Assembly: GCF_018350175.1 (NCBI RefSeq)
Contig: NC_058382.1
Coordinates: 54,190,001 to 54,254,000, forward strand
Reading direction: 5' to 3'
DNA from: Felis catus
Lineage: Eukaryota
Length of the DNA stretch: 64,000 bases
Shown here: positions 63,346 to 64,000 of the stretch, in pieces
Layout: every line of letters begins with the position of its first letter
Position numbering within the stretch: the stretch's first letter is position 1
Notes under the pieces: generated by a model
The model's input: only the letters and a program-made list of their open reading frames with translations
Told to the model about the DNA's origin: nothing
The model's database searches: none
Made by a program: the position numbers and the translations under genes

Positions 63346-63965
63346 TACTCACAAGATATAAAGTATTCTAAAACGCAAGTGAGAAAATACAGTTAGAAAA
63401 CTGGGGAAGCGTTGAAATACCAATAGCTAATATTTACCAAAAGTCTACCCCATGGCAGGTCATATTCTAAGGGCGTGCTATGAGTAATGAATTCACTGAT
63501 GTTGTACCCCAGTCCCACGAGGTAGGATTATATCTGTATGAATGAAGTTTATGAATGAAGAACATGACCCAGAGAGGCTGAGCCATTGGCCAGGGGCGAC
63601 GTGGACCAACGCCCTTGTCTACCCACCACACAGAGCATCAGTGGCAAGACCTCGCTCGGCCACCCCCAGGGAAAGAACATGAGAAGACGCTCACCCTCGT
63701 TTGTTAACTGAAATCACAACAACAGAGTTTGGAAAAACATGACAAAGACTGGCTATAGCCAGGGGTATCGCTGGAGGCCACTTAAACGTCCATCAGGGAG
63801 AGGACAGCTTATGTGGACACTTAGAAAACTCCGGGCACCTAAAGGGGGAAGCAGCTCTCCAAATGCCTGACACAGATGGATTTTGGATTTTTAAGTTAAA
63901 ACAAGATGTTCTCCCCATTTCCAGTCTCTGCTTGGATGTCACCTTCTCCGTGAGGCCTGGGATTC

Positions 63966-63967
<2 letters not shown>

Positions 63968-64000
<33 letters not shown>
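63968..64000. repeat. (TG)n microsatellite running off the window edge
   Basis: Directly visible. Confidence 0.95.

Noticed and set aside
1..64000. Prokaryotic-type systems (CRISPR arrays, operons, defence islands), intact ERV or intact L1
   Set aside because: The sequence is mammalian, with no regularly spaced repeat-spacer array; LTRs are solo and L1 pieces are fragmented without long ORFs.

Overview
Mammalian genomic DNA, almost certainly from a felid, judging by the many tRNA-derived Can-SINEs of the feline SINEC_Fc type. The window holds the 3' part of CDYL2 (chromodomain Y-like 2) on the minus strand. Five coding exons (43981-44198, 36343-36515, 29866-30076, 25222-25365, 22430-22588; 218/173/211/144/159 nt, all GT-AG) join in frame and encode the C-terminal crotonase-like (CoA-pocket) domain. 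They are followed by a ~5.9 kb 3' UTR ending at an AATAAA near 16554. The chromodomain exon lies beyond the right edge. Exon numbers follow my recollection of the human gene. The rest is intronic or intergenic sequence with SINEC, MIR, L1, L2, MaLR LTR, hAT and Tc1/mariner relics plus simple repeats; repeat family names come from recalled consensus sequences and need a RepeatMasker/Dfam check. Most ORF-track entries are artefacts. I see no evidence of a wholly new multi-gene system. The best leads are regulatory or evolutionary: miR-124/miR-9 8-mer sites and four miR-182 sites in the 3' UTR, a palindromic MER53 carrying a miR-1302-like 21-mer beside exon 4, inverted or nested SINE pairs, a triplicated target site reused by two SINEs, a nested L1>Tigger>SINE stack, a higher-order GAT/GGT VNTR and a CpG-enriched old L1.
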